From the NCBI GenBank assembly GCA_963696095.1, contig CAVOIN010000002.1, positions 403,939 to 467,938 of the forward strand: 64,000 bases of DNA. Direction: 5' to 3'. This stretch comes from Candidatus Eremiobacteria bacterium. Its GTDB lineage: Bacteria > Vulcanimicrobiota > Vulcanimicrobiia > Vulcanimicrobiales > Vulcanimicrobiaceae. Of this stretch, positions 20,199 to 28,845 are shown piece by piece (position 1 is the first letter of the stretch; each line of letters starts with the position of its first letter). The position numbers and the translations under genes were made by a program. A model generated the notes under the pieces. It made no database searches. It was not told the DNA's origin and was given only the letters and a program-made list of their open reading frames with translations.

Positions 20199-21412
20199 GC
20201 GGCAAGCGTTCGAACTTGCTCGTGGTAAGCTCGCGCTTTCCTTACGGTCATCAGGAGACGTACCTAACGACCGAGCTGCGCGAACTTGCGCCGTACTTCG
20301 AACGCGTCGCCGTGGCGCCGTTGCGCTCACCTGCGCCCCCGGCGGGTCTTCAAGTTCCGCCCGGGGTTGAGGTGCTGGCGTGGCCGCTCTTCGGCGCAGA
20401 AGTGCTAAGCCGGGCGATTCGCGTGCTCTTCGCGCGTCCACGCCGCACCCTGGTTACAATCGTAAAAATTCTAGCCTCGCGCGATCCGGGCAAAGCCAAG
20501 AATCTCACGGTCGTCGTGAAAGCCATGGCCCTCGCGCATTGGACGATCGAACACCGTTTCGAGCACATTCATGCCTATTGGATCTCTGCGCCTGCCACCA
20601 TGGCGTTTATTGCGGCGGAGATCAGTGGCGCGTCTTGGAGCTCTACGGCGCACCGTTGGGATATCTACGAACGAAACGCCTTCGATCTGAAGCAGCGCTC
20701 AGCAAAGTTTGTCCGAACCATTTCCGAACGCGGAACAAGGGATCTCTGCAAACATATGCCGCTGCTAGCGGATCGAGTGATCCAGGTCCGTTTGGGCACG
20801 GCGGTTCCGGAACTTACCGCAATTGCGAAGCGCCCGGAAAAGACATTGAAGCTGATCTGTCCGGCTGCGCTTGTCGCCATCAAAGGCCACGCCGATCTCC
20901 TCGATGCCATCGCAGGACTTAGAAAGAAAGGCGTGCCGGTAACGTGTGTCTTTGCGGGAACCGGTCCGCTACGCGAATTTTTGGAGCTGCGCGTTTCGCA
21001 ACTCGCCCTTGACCATGTTGTAAGTTTTGACGGATTCATTCCGCAGAGCACGTTGCATGCACGCTATCGTAGCGGCGAGTTTGCCGCGGTCGTTCTCGCG
21101 AGCCGCGCTGAGGGCGAAAAAACGATGGAGGGCGTTCCATCAGCATTGATCGAGGCCATGGCCTTCGGCGTACCGGTCGTCGCGACGGATTCGGGAAGCA
21201 TCGGAGAACTCTTGAACGACACCGTGGGACGACTTGTGCCTGCCGGTGATGCGAACGCTCTGGCCGGCGCGCTTCTAGACGTCTACGAACAGCCCGACGA
21301 AACACGCGAACGAGCGCGACGCGCCTATTCTTCGATCGTAAAGTACCACGACGTTCGCGTACAAATGAGAACGCTTGCCGCCGCGCTCTCTGGCGAAAGG
21401 ACCCTACAATGA
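20195..21412 (+). CDS. GT4 glycosyltransferase (WcaL-like)
   Basis: 405 aa. EGVPSALIEAMAFGVPVVATDSGSIGEL. ATGA overlap with the upstream gene. Confidence 0.65.
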   Translation: MSGKRSNLLVVSSRFPYGHQETYLTTELRELAPYFERVAVAPLRSPAPPAGLQVPPGVEVLAWPLFGAEVLSRAIRVLFARPRRTLVTIVKILASRDPGKAKNLTVVVKAMALAHWTIEHRFEHIHAYWISAPATMAFIAAEISGASWSSTAHRWDIYERNAFDLKQRSAKFVRTISERGTRDLCKHMPLLADRVIQVRLGTAVPELTAIAKRPEKTLKLICPAALVAIKGHADLLDAIAGLRKKGVPVTCVFAGTGPLREFLELRVSQLALDHVVSFDGFIPQSTLHARYRSGEFAAVVLASRAEGEKTMEGVPSALIEAMAFGVPVVATDSGSIGELLNDTVGRLVPAGDANALAGALLDVYEQPDETRERARRAYSSIVKYHDVRVQMRTLAAALSGERTLQ

Positions 21413-22689
21413 ACATCGCAGTAATAGGCTTGGGCTACATCGGACTTCCCACAGCAGCGCTTTTTGCCAATAGCGGCCATCGCGTCTACGGCTATGATGT
21501 CGACCCGCATCTGCGGCGCACCCTCCAGGCAGGCATTGTCCCCGCCACCGAAACTGAGGTTCGCGAAGCTGTAGAAATGGCGCTCACAAACGAACGCCTC
21601 TTTGTCGTCGATCGCGTTCCGCCGGCGCAGGTTTACATTCTGTGTCTGCCCACGCCTACGCACGAAGGGAAGCCGGACCTCTCGTTCGTCGAGGCCGGAG
21701 CGGCGACAATAGCCGCCATAGCCGAGCCCGGGGCGATGCTCGTGCTTGAATCGACGGTGCCACCCGGCACGACAGAACGAATCTTCGAAACCGCCTTGCG
21801 CGCCACAGGCAAAAACGCGGACGACTTCCACATCGCGCACTGCCCGGAACGCGTGATTCCTGGAGCAATCGTGCAGGAGCTGCAAAATAATTCGCGCGTC
21901 GTCGGCGGGCGGACGCCGGAAGATGCAGCCCTCGTAAAAGATTTGTACGCATCGTTTTGCCATGGTGGAATCGACATCGCATCCACTGCAGTCGCCGAGT
22001 TCGTGAAGGTGGTAGAGAACACGTATCGCGATGTAAACATCGCCTTCGCGAACGAACTCGCCATCTTTGCCGAGGAGTTGGGCGTAGACGTCTGGGAAAC
22101 GATAGCGCTCGCCAACAAACATCCCCGCGTGAACATCCTTTCTCCGGGTCCCGGTGTCGGCGGCCACTGCATCCCGGTGGACCCGCATTTTCTTTCGGAC
22201 GCGAACCCGCTGGTCACTGAACTGATTCAATCCGCCCGCCGCATCAACGAGCGCATGCCGTACAGAGTCGTACGGCGCGTCGCCGATATCGTTGGCTCCG
22301 GCTCGGGGCAGAAGATCGCCATTCTTGGTGCGGCTTACAAAGGTGACGTCGACGACGCGCGGGAGAGCCCGACAACGCGAATCGACCAGTTGCTTCGCGA
22401 TCGCGGTTACACGTGCGCGATCTACGATCCGCTCGTCACGAGATATCACCGCCCCCTGTGTGACTCGTTCGAAGAAGCCGTCACGGGCGCCGACGCATTA
22501 CTGCTGGTTGCACCGCACAAGATATTTCGCTCGGTCGCACCGCAAGAAGCGAGCAACTACATGCGCAAGTGCCGGCTGATCGACACGCGGCGATTCTTCG
22601 ACATACCTGCGTGGGAGCGTTGCGGATTCGAATGCTACGTGCTAGGGCGCCCGCTAAAACGCCTTGCGGCACGGGAAGCGGTCGCGTGA
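21409..22689 (+). CDS. UDP-N-acetyl-hexosamine 6-dehydrogenase (WbpA/WecC-like nucleotide sugar dehydrogenase)
   Basis: MNIAVIGLGYIGLPTAALFA Rossmann fold, catalytic-region GPGVGGHCIP, UDP-binding C-terminal domain. Confidence 0.75.
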   Translation: MNIAVIGLGYIGLPTAALFANSGHRVYGYDVDPHLRRTLQAGIVPATETEVREAVEMALTNERLFVVDRVPPAQVYILCLPTPTHEGKPDLSFVEAGAATIAAIAEPGAMLVLESTVPPGTTERIFETALRATGKNADDFHIAHCPERVIPGAIVQELQNNSRVVGGRTPEDAALVKDLYASFCHGGIDIASTAVAEFVKVVENTYRDVNIAFANELAIFAEELGVDVWETIALANKHPRVNILSPGPGVGGHCIPVDPHFLSDANPLVTELIQSARRINERMPYRVVRRVADIVGSGSGQKIAILGAAYKGDVDDARESPTTRIDQLLRDRGYTCAIYDPLVTRYHRPLCDSFEEAVTGADALLLVAPHKIFRSVAPQEASNYMRKCRLIDTRRFFDIPAWERCGFECYVLGRPLKRLAAREAVA

Positions 22690-23882
22690 ATGTTGCGTTG
22701 GTAACGCATTTTTATCCGCCGGAACCGTGCGCTGCCGCGACGAGAATGGCTTCGCTCGTCGACGCGCTGGCAAATGAAGGCCACCGCGTCACGGTCATCA
22801 CGACGTTTCCGTCCTTCCCTACAGGGCGTTTCGCGACAGAAGACCGGTTCGTCTTATGCCGTGCCGAGAAAACTGAGTGGGGATCACTGGTGCGGCTGTT
22901 CTCGGCGCATCCTCACAGATTCCCGGCGGCCCGGTTGATTCATTGGACTTCTGCCGCAGTTTCCGCCGCATTTTATCTCTCCACGCGCCGGACACGATAC
23001 GATCTTATAATCGTGAGCGCACCTCCGATAACGTTGGCATTGCCTGCTTTGGCCGGCGCCTTCCGGCATCGTGCAAAATTGGTGGTCGACGTTAGAGACG
23101 TCTTTCCGGACATTGCGATAGCTATGGGCGAATGGCGCAAAGACAGCCTCGTGTCGCGCGCGGCGGAGTTCGTCGTACGCCGCCTCTACCGGCGCGCCGA
23201 CCTGGTGGTTGCGGTGACGCCAACGGCTATCGCGCAAATTGCAACGCGCGGCGTGGAAAGATCCCGGCTGGTCCTCGCACGTAATGCGGCTGAAATTACA
23301 GCCGGAGAGCCGGGCTCGGCAACGGTAGAGCCCGAGGGCTTCACCGCCATTTACGCCGGCAACCTTGGGCTAGCGACGGATGTCGACCTCCTCGTCGATG
23401 CGGCCGCCTTATTATCCGAGGATTCTATAACGATTAAAATTGTCGGCGACGGAGCGCAGAGGGCACGGTTGGAAGATCGCTTACAAAAAGAAGCGATAAA
23501 AAATGTCGTAATGACCGGCAGTCGCCCGCGTGATGAGGCAATGAGGATGGTCGCAGCTTCAGACGTCTCCATCGTTCCGCTGCGAAAAGGCATCGCAGAA
23601 AGCGTCCCGACGAAACTGTACGATTCGCTCGCCCTGGCGAGACCGGTCATCGTTGCGGCCGACGGCGAGGCTGCCATCGAAGGAAACAGCCTCGGCGCGG
23701 TCTGTACGCCGCCCGGGGACGCATGCGCCTTAGCCGCCGAACTGCGGAAGCTCTCGCAGATGGATCCCTCCGGTTTGAGAGCGATCGGTGAAAAAGGCAA
23801 AGTCGCCGTTCAAAACCGCGCGAGCCGGGCCGGTATCATGAAGCAGTTAGTGCAAAGACTCTCTTCGCTCGCCGCCTCGTAA
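22686..23882 (+). CDS. GT4 glycosyltransferase (WbuB/WcaI-like)
   Basis: In-frame GTG at 22686 overlaps the dehydrogenase stop (GTGA). VALVTHFYPPEPCAAATRM... and the C-terminal GT-B fold. Confidence 0.65.
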   Translation: MNVALVTHFYPPEPCAAATRMASLVDALANEGHRVTVITTFPSFPTGRFATEDRFVLCRAEKTEWGSLVRLFSAHPHRFPAARLIHWTSAAVSAAFYLSTRRTRYDLIIVSAPPITLALPALAGAFRHRAKLVVDVRDVFPDIAIAMGEWRKDSLVSRAAEFVVRRLYRRADLVVAVTPTAIAQIATRGVERSRLVLARNAAEITAGEPGSATVEPEGFTAIYAGNLGLATDVDLLVDAAALLSEDSITIKIVGDGAQRARLEDRLQKEAIKNVVMTGSRPRDEAMRMVAASDVSIVPLRKGIAESVPTKLYDSLALARPVIVAADGEAAIEGNSLGAVCTPPGDACALAAELRKLSQMDPSGLRAIGEKGKVAVQNRASRAGIMKQLVQRLSSLAAS

Positions 23883-23887
23883 AGCCA

Positions 23888-25291
23888 TTACGCGGAAATA
23901 TTTTGCAACGTCGCGGGCCGTGGAGACAGAATGTCTCCCCTCGATTGCACTTCTTCGGGAACGATATTGCGAAGCAATACGATCGTCGAGAAGACCAGCC
24001 AGGCGTACTTATAGGTGAAAAGGTCGATAGTAAGCGCCACGAACGCGATAGCGAGCAATGAAGCTTCCATTACGAGACGGTAGTCATAAAGCTCGCTGTC
24101 GCGCTCGATGCGGCGCATCGAGCGAAATTCGAAGTAGAAGAACCCCACAATCATCGCAAAGCCTATGATGCCCAGCTCAACGACGTAGTGAAGCACTATG
24201 TTGTGGGCCGGGCTGCTCCATCCATATGGCTGAAGCTGGTGAACACCGATATAATACAAATCGTATGCGGTTGGGAAGTTTCCGATGCCGTAGCCCTGGA
24301 GCCAACGGTGCTTTGCGGCTTCCCAGCCTACGGACCAAATCGAAGTTCGACCCGACCCTCCGTCGCTAAAGACCATGGCCATTCTCGTCCAGATCGATGT
24401 TTGAACGGTGATCGCGAACGACAGTACGAGCGCAGCCGCTATAGCTACTTGTGCTCGATAGCGCGATCGCCAAATAAAGTAAAGCACGATCAGCATCAGT
24501 CCGCCTAAGGCCTCGCGCGATCCGCTAAGAAACAAGGCGACGGTCATCAGCGTTACAATGGCCATACCCGCTAACTTTCCCAGAAGCCGCGGGTTTCGCA
24601 GCGTCCACATAATTATAATCGCCAGAGGCAGCAGTAACGCATTTGCAAAGTGGTTTGGATCGATGGACTGATTGCCGGACTGCACCACGAGACGAGTGGT
24701 CGTCGGATCGGAAGCCACAAGCGAAGGATCGGTGTAGAAGGCGTTGGCCCCATAAATGGCTGCGCAAAGCCCGCTTACCACGATCAGGAATAAGACGAAT
24801 TTGAATTCCTTTAGCGTTAGCTTAATCATGGAGAGCGCAATGTACAGTAAGAACAGACCAGCGTATGTGGGCATTATCTGCAAGGCGGCTTCCTGATCGA
24901 GCGCCCACACCATGCTGATCGCCATCCATGCGGCAAGGACGGCCAAAAGTACCATTGATATCCCGCTCAACCCTGCGGTCTTGCGGCGCACTGCCAAAAG
25001 GATGAAGAAAATGCCGGCGGCTATTCCGAGCATTTTCGTAATCGTTCCCCCGGAACCCGAACCTAACAAATTGTCGAACGGTACGAGCAAGATGTATAAG
25101 CCGAACGGGAAGATCAGCGGGCGCAAAAGAGCGGCATACAACAGATACGGTACTGCTGCGATGCCGACGACCAAGAGCGCGCCCGACGTGTCGCCTGCGA
25201 TCAACAAGCGCACTGATAAGAAGCAGAAAAGTCCGGCGAACGCTACGAGCAGTACGCGAGGAAGGACGGACTGCGTGGAAGCGGCTATCAT
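23888..25291 (-). CDS. O-antigen ligase/polymerase family membrane protein (Wzy-like)
   Basis: 467 aa, about 10-12 hydrophobic helices, with a large loop around GSREALGG typical of Wzy_C proteins. Confidence 0.6.
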   Translation of the reverse strand: MIAASTQSVLPRVLLVAFAGLFCFLSVRLLIAGDTSGALLVVGIAAVPYLLYAALLRPLIFPFGLYILLVPFDNLLGSGSGGTITKMLGIAAGIFFILLAVRRKTAGLSGISMVLLAVLAAWMAISMVWALDQEAALQIMPTYAGLFLLYIALSMIKLTLKEFKFVLFLIVVSGLCAAIYGANAFYTDPSLVASDPTTTRLVVQSGNQSIDPNHFANALLLPLAIIIMWTLRNPRLLGKLAGMAIVTLMTVALFLSGSREALGGLMLIVLYFIWRSRYRAQVAIAAALVLSFAITVQTSIWTRMAMVFSDGGSGRTSIWSVGWEAAKHRWLQGYGIGNFPTAYDLYYIGVHQLQPYGWSSPAHNIVLHYVVELGIIGFAMIVGFFYFEFRSMRRIERDSELYDYRLVMEASLLAIAFVALTIDLFTYKYAWLVFSTIVLLRNIVPEEVQSRGDILSPRPATLQNISA

Positions 25292-25298
25292 CGTCGTG

Positions 25299-26048
25299 TC
25301 AGGGCGTCGTCAACGTCATTCCTGAAATTGTTGCATTGACGCGCGACGTCGTAGATCCGCCGGCATTGGGAAGGCCCCAACGCCATTTGTACGGACCGAA
25401 GTTCCACCACGGGCCGCCGCTGGCGGTTCCGGTATTCTTGTAGGTCGCACCCGCGATGTTCGCAACTTGGGCGCCGTTGCGAAAGAGCGTAATGTGCCCA
25501 TTGGGACCTTGGGATACGAGTACGATGAGCTTCCAATCGTCTTCCTCACCAGGGGTATAGGGGCCGGTCCATACGTTACCCGAGCAATTCGTCAAAAGCC
25601 ACTGCTGTGGGCCACCAACGACTCCCCCATTGAAGAAGTCCAGTCCAACGCATGAATCGCCGCCGCGATAAGGATGAATCTGAAATATCGAACCGCGGGC
25701 ATCGCGGTCGTAGCCCATCCCTTGCCTGGACGACGCCGTACCGTCTTTGAAGTGAAACATCCACGTGAATTGCTGGCCATCGGCGAGCCGGTAATCGTCG
25801 CCCGTCGCATCTGTGGGCTGCACTTGATTGCGCACGCAATTCATACCGCTCTGCTGCAGCGCAAATACAAATTTATCCCCGTCCAACGACGGGGCGCCGC
25901 ACTGCCCGTCCGAGGCGGTTCTCCAGCCATCTTTTCCGGGCGATCCAGCTTGCCAGAGAATCTTGGGATCGCCGGCCGCGCCGCAGCCGGATAGCAATAT
26001 GCTGACAGCGGCAGACGCTAGCGTTAAGGCTCTTAGAACTGACATCAT
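25299..26048 (-). CDS. secreted lipoprotein, polysaccharide-lyase-like jelly-roll domain (paralog 1)
   Basis: Start at ATG 26046-26048 gives MMSVLRALTLASAAVSILLSGC (lipobox). SIFQIH and WWNFGPYKWRW motifs. Paralogous to 27047-28000 and 28846-29694. Confidence 0.55.
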   Translation of the reverse strand: MMSVLRALTLASAAVSILLSGCGAAGDPKILWQAGSPGKDGWRTASDGQCGAPSLDGDKFVFALQQSGMNCVRNQVQPTDATGDDYRLADGQQFTWMFHFKDGTASSRQGMGYDRDARGSIFQIHPYRGGDSCVGLDFFNGGVVGGPQQWLLTNCSGNVWTGPYTPGEEDDWKLIVLVSQGPNGHITLFRNGAQVANIAGATYKNTGTASGGPWWNFGPYKWRWGLPNAGGSTTSRVNATISGMTLTTP

Positions 26049-26160
26049 CTTGCAACAGGATACGCCCATGGCGGGGGTAGGGCATGAAGCGAAGGACTCA
26101 GGTCCGAGGCCTAAGGGCCGATGCCGCGTCCAGGGGAACCGGCGTACGCTTGACTTTGCT

Positions 26161-26985
26161 GTGAATTCGCAAGGCTTTTGGACATGGCAGCTTGTAGTCG
26201 CCATGCTGCTCAACTCCGTCTTCCAAGCGCTCACAGTCGCTGCCTATGCGTCTCGCTTGGCTGCGGCTCGCTCCGGACGTGTGGCAACGGCGATCTCGCT
26301 TTTCAATATGTTTGCAACGAGCAGCCGATTCGCCCAGATGCTCTATACGCCGCTGCTGGGTTCGCTCTCCGACCGCGCAGTCGGACTCGACACGACGACT
26401 TTCCAGTGGCAATTGCGGTCGATCGTGTTTGCCGGAACGGCGGGAGTCGTTTTAGGAACGCTTGCAATTCCAACGTTCGTTATGCTCTATCTTCGCGCGA
26501 TTCGTTCCTTGGAGTATCGCGGAAGCGTCCTTAAATCCATGTTCCACGCGATGCGGCCTGCAGCGCTTCTAAGAATGTTCGGCGACATCAAGCTTCGCGT
26601 TGTCGATCCGATCAGCACGATCTCTTTCCGAGCCGTTCCGAAAGATATATTGATCCTTAACACATTGGTGACGGCCGTTTACGGCATCGGAATCGTCGCG
26701 GCTGCGTATGCAAGCGTGCTCGATCCGCACGCAGCCCGCACGGCGGTGCTATCCAGCGGCCTAGTCAATGGTATCGCAACCATCGCTTATAACGTGGTAG
26801 TCGACCCGCAGTCCGCCATAATTACCGATCGTACGGTAAGGGGTGGGCGCCCCATCGAGGACGTGAAAGGACTCGTTGCCGGCCTCTCGCTCACCGCGAT
26901 TCTAGGGTTTCTCCTTTCTCAATTTTTATTGCTTCCGGGAGCCGCCCTCATTGCGTACGTTGCCCACACGATCAACGGCCGCTAA
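26161..26985 (+). CDS. amj: Amj-family (DUF2837) lipid-linked oligosaccharide flippase-like membrane protein
   Basis: AAYASRLAAARSGRVATAISLFNMFATSSRFAQMLYTPLLGSL resembles the Amj N-terminal signature as I recall it. Multi-TM protein. Start is uncertain (GTG 26161 or ATG 26203). The upstream part of ORF 25828.. is antisense to the neighbouring gene. Confidence 0.55.
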   Translation: MNSQGFWTWQLVVAMLLNSVFQALTVAAYASRLAAARSGRVATAISLFNMFATSSRFAQMLYTPLLGSLSDRAVGLDTTTFQWQLRSIVFAGTAGVVLGTLAIPTFVMLYLRAIRSLEYRGSVLKSMFHAMRPAALLRMFGDIKLRVVDPISTISFRAVPKDILILNTLVTAVYGIGIVAAAYASVLDPHAARTAVLSSGLVNGIATIAYNVVVDPQSAIITDRTVRGGRPIEDVKGLVAGLSLTAILGFLLSQFLLLPGAALIAYVAHTINGR

Positions 26986-27000
26986 GAAGCCGAAAAGAAA

Positions 27001-27030
27001 AAGCCGCCCGGTTTCCCAGGCGGCTTTTCA
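27001..27030. terminator. bidirectional rho-independent terminator between convergent genes
   Basis: AAGCCGCCCGG-TTTC-CCAGGCGGCTT flanked by an A-run upstream and a T-run downstream. Confidence 0.7.
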
Positions 27031-27046
27031 TTTGCAGAAGGAAGTC

Positions 27047-28651
27047 TTACTGTTCGGTGAGGGTCATGTTCTGAATCGTTGCATTGACTTGCGTCATGGA
27101 CGATCCGCCGCCGCCGGAAAGCTCCCAGCGCCATTTGTACGGACCGAAGTTCCACCACGGATTCGTGCCCGCCGAATAGTTCGGACCGCTGACGTTCATC
27201 ACTAACTGGCCGTTGCGATAGAGCTGTTCGGTGCCGTTCGAAGTGCTCGAGACTTTGACGACGATTTTGAAGTCATCGGTTTCGCCTTGCGTGTACGATC
27301 CAGTCCACACGTAAAGCGGCGTACCGCCCAGCGAGAAGTCCCAGATTTGCTTTCCGCTGCTGTCATTGGCGAAGCCAAGGCTTGCACTCGCGCCGGAGGC
27401 ACCATAATCGTGCATCTGCCAAATCAACGAGCGTGCATCGCGGTCGGTGCCCATTCCAGGTCCGCTGCCGGTCGGCTTGCCGTCGATGTAATGGAACGTC
27501 CAGGTGTACGTGCGTCCATCCGTCAAGCGAAAATTATTTCCGTTAGACATCGGCGAGGCCTGATTCCGTCCACAGTTCGTTCCATTCAGGCCGAGCGTAA
27601 ACGTGAATTGCGAGCCGCTCTGAACCGGCGAACCGCACTGATACGTGTTCGAAACGATCCACTGGCCTAACGTCGGACTCCCGGCCTGCCATACGACGGT
27701 GCCGCTGGGGGCCGGCGTTGAAACCGGCGTTGCAGTCGGAGTTGCAGTCGGAGTTGCCGTCGGCGGTGCCGTCGGCGCTGAAGTCGACACGGGGGTGGGG
27801 GCCGGAGACGCTGCTACGGAGCTGGTTGCGGCCGCATAGTGCGCGCCGATTTGCGAAGCGCTCAAAGCTTTTCCAGCGTACACGGCGACTTCGTCGATCG
27901 TGCCCTTGAACGCCGGATTCGAGAAACTGGCGTCGTCGCCGATCGAGAAACCGTAACCGGTCGCGTATTTGAGCGTACCGGATGCCGCGGCGGACGCCGC
28001 AAGCGAGCCGTTCAGATACAGCTTTGCCGTGGCACCGTCGAACGTCGTCACGACGTCGTAGACTTTGTTCGTCGACAGTTGCGTTGGAGATGCAACTGCA
28101 ACATATCGGTTAGCTAATGTGTACTGCGCGACAATATGGCCGTTCTTGAAATACAGCTCGTACGAATCCGTCCCGCTACGCTGACCGTAGCCCGCGACCA
28201 TGGTGTAGTTCGCCGGCGCCGCCGGTATCTTTATGAGCGCTTCCAGCGAAACGGCATTGGACGGCTGTAGCTTCGAAGACGGAGTCACGTCTACGGCTCC
28301 TGCGCCCGATTGCTTGCCGGGGAAGCCCATTGCGGCATCGCTCGACGATGCGAGTAGACCGGAAACGTTTCGCTGCACGGCAGAACCGATCGTGCCGTTC
28401 AATCCGTTGCCCGATGCGTCGGTCGCAGTCGAGCCCGCGTCGTCAAGCGGATAATAAGCGGTCGGGGAGTCCTTCGTAATCACCGACCCGTACGTCGACA
28501 ACGTCGCCGACTGCGCGGTAATCGACTGGTTTTGGGCAGGTGACGAGTTGGCGGCGGGAAGAGTTCCTGGCGATGACGTTCCGCCGCCACCGCAAGCCGC
28601 TAAGCTCAAGCCCAGGGCAATCGGAAATACGCGCTGTAAGGGTTTCAGCAT
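27047..28651 (-). CDS. secreted LamG/ConA-like domain + Pro/Thr linker + polysaccharide-lyase-like domain protein (paralog 2)
   Basis: Lipobox LSLAAC. LamG-type module (YYPLDDAGSTATDASGNGLNG...FKGTIDEVAVYAGKALSASQIGAHY). Linker TPTATPTATPTATP. C-terminal domain with LIWQMH and WWNFGPYKWRWEL. Confidence 0.6.
   Translation of the reverse strand: MLKPLQRVFPIALGLSLAACGGGGTSSPGTLPAANSSPAQNQSITAQSATLSTYGSVITKDSPTAYYPLDDAGSTATDASGNGLNGTIGSAVQRNVSGLLASSSDAAMGFPGKQSGAGAVDVTPSSKLQPSNAVSLEALIKIPAAPANYTMVAGYGQRSGTDSYELYFKNGHIVAQYTLANRYVAVASPTQLSTNKVYDVVTTFDGATAKLYLNGSLAASAAASGTLKYATGYGFSIGDDASFSNPAFKGTIDEVAVYAGKALSASQIGAHYAAATSSVAASPAPTPVSTSAPTAPPTATPTATPTATPVSTPAPSGTVVWQAGSPTLGQWIVSNTYQCGSPVQSGSQFTFTLGLNGTNCGRNQASPMSNGNNFRLTDGRTYTWTFHYIDGKPTGSGPGMGTDRDARSLIWQMHDYGASGASASLGFANDSSGKQIWDFSLGGTPLYVWTGSYTQGETDDFKIVVKVSSTSNGTEQLYRNGQLVMNVSGPNYSAGTNPWWNFGPYKWRWELSGGGGSSMTQVNATIQNMTLTEQ
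27729..27788. repeat. tandem 12-nt repeats (about 5 units) encoding the TATP linker
   Basis: gttgcagtcgga gttgcagtcgga gttgccgtcggc ggtgccgtcggc gctgaagtcgac. Confidence 0.75.
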
Positions 28652-28766
28652 TGATCCTCTGTCATGATGTTTTGCAGGCCGCTAAAAGCTCGCGATTGCA
28701 GCTTTAGGTCCTGGCTCCAGCATCGCGTCCATGCTCTCTGCGTCGGTTTGAATCAACGCAGCTCCG

Positions 28767-28794
28767 AGGGGCGCCGAGGGCGCCCCTTATTTTG
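28767..28794 (+). terminator. GC-rich hairpin followed by TTATTTT (orientation and function uncertain)
   Basis: AGGGGCGCC-GAG-GGCGCCCCT then tatttt on the plus strand. It lies between two minus-strand genes, so it may instead be a 5' UTR element. Confidence 0.3.
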
Positions 28795-28845
28795 TCGGCA
28801 AAACCGTCAAATTGTTTAGATTGTCACTGCTTTTTTCTGCAGATG

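Noticed and set aside
25828-26160. The N-terminal 110 codons of ORF 25828..26985.
   Set aside because: This part is antisense to the lyase-like gene 25299-26048 and its promoter region, and it has no membrane or Amj-like features. The Amj-like similarity begins only after about 26170.
27729-27788. Short regular repeats that might suggest a CRISPR array.
   Set aside because: The units are 12 nt, contiguous without spacers, and lie in frame inside a coding Pro/Thr linker. No cas genes are present anywhere in the window.
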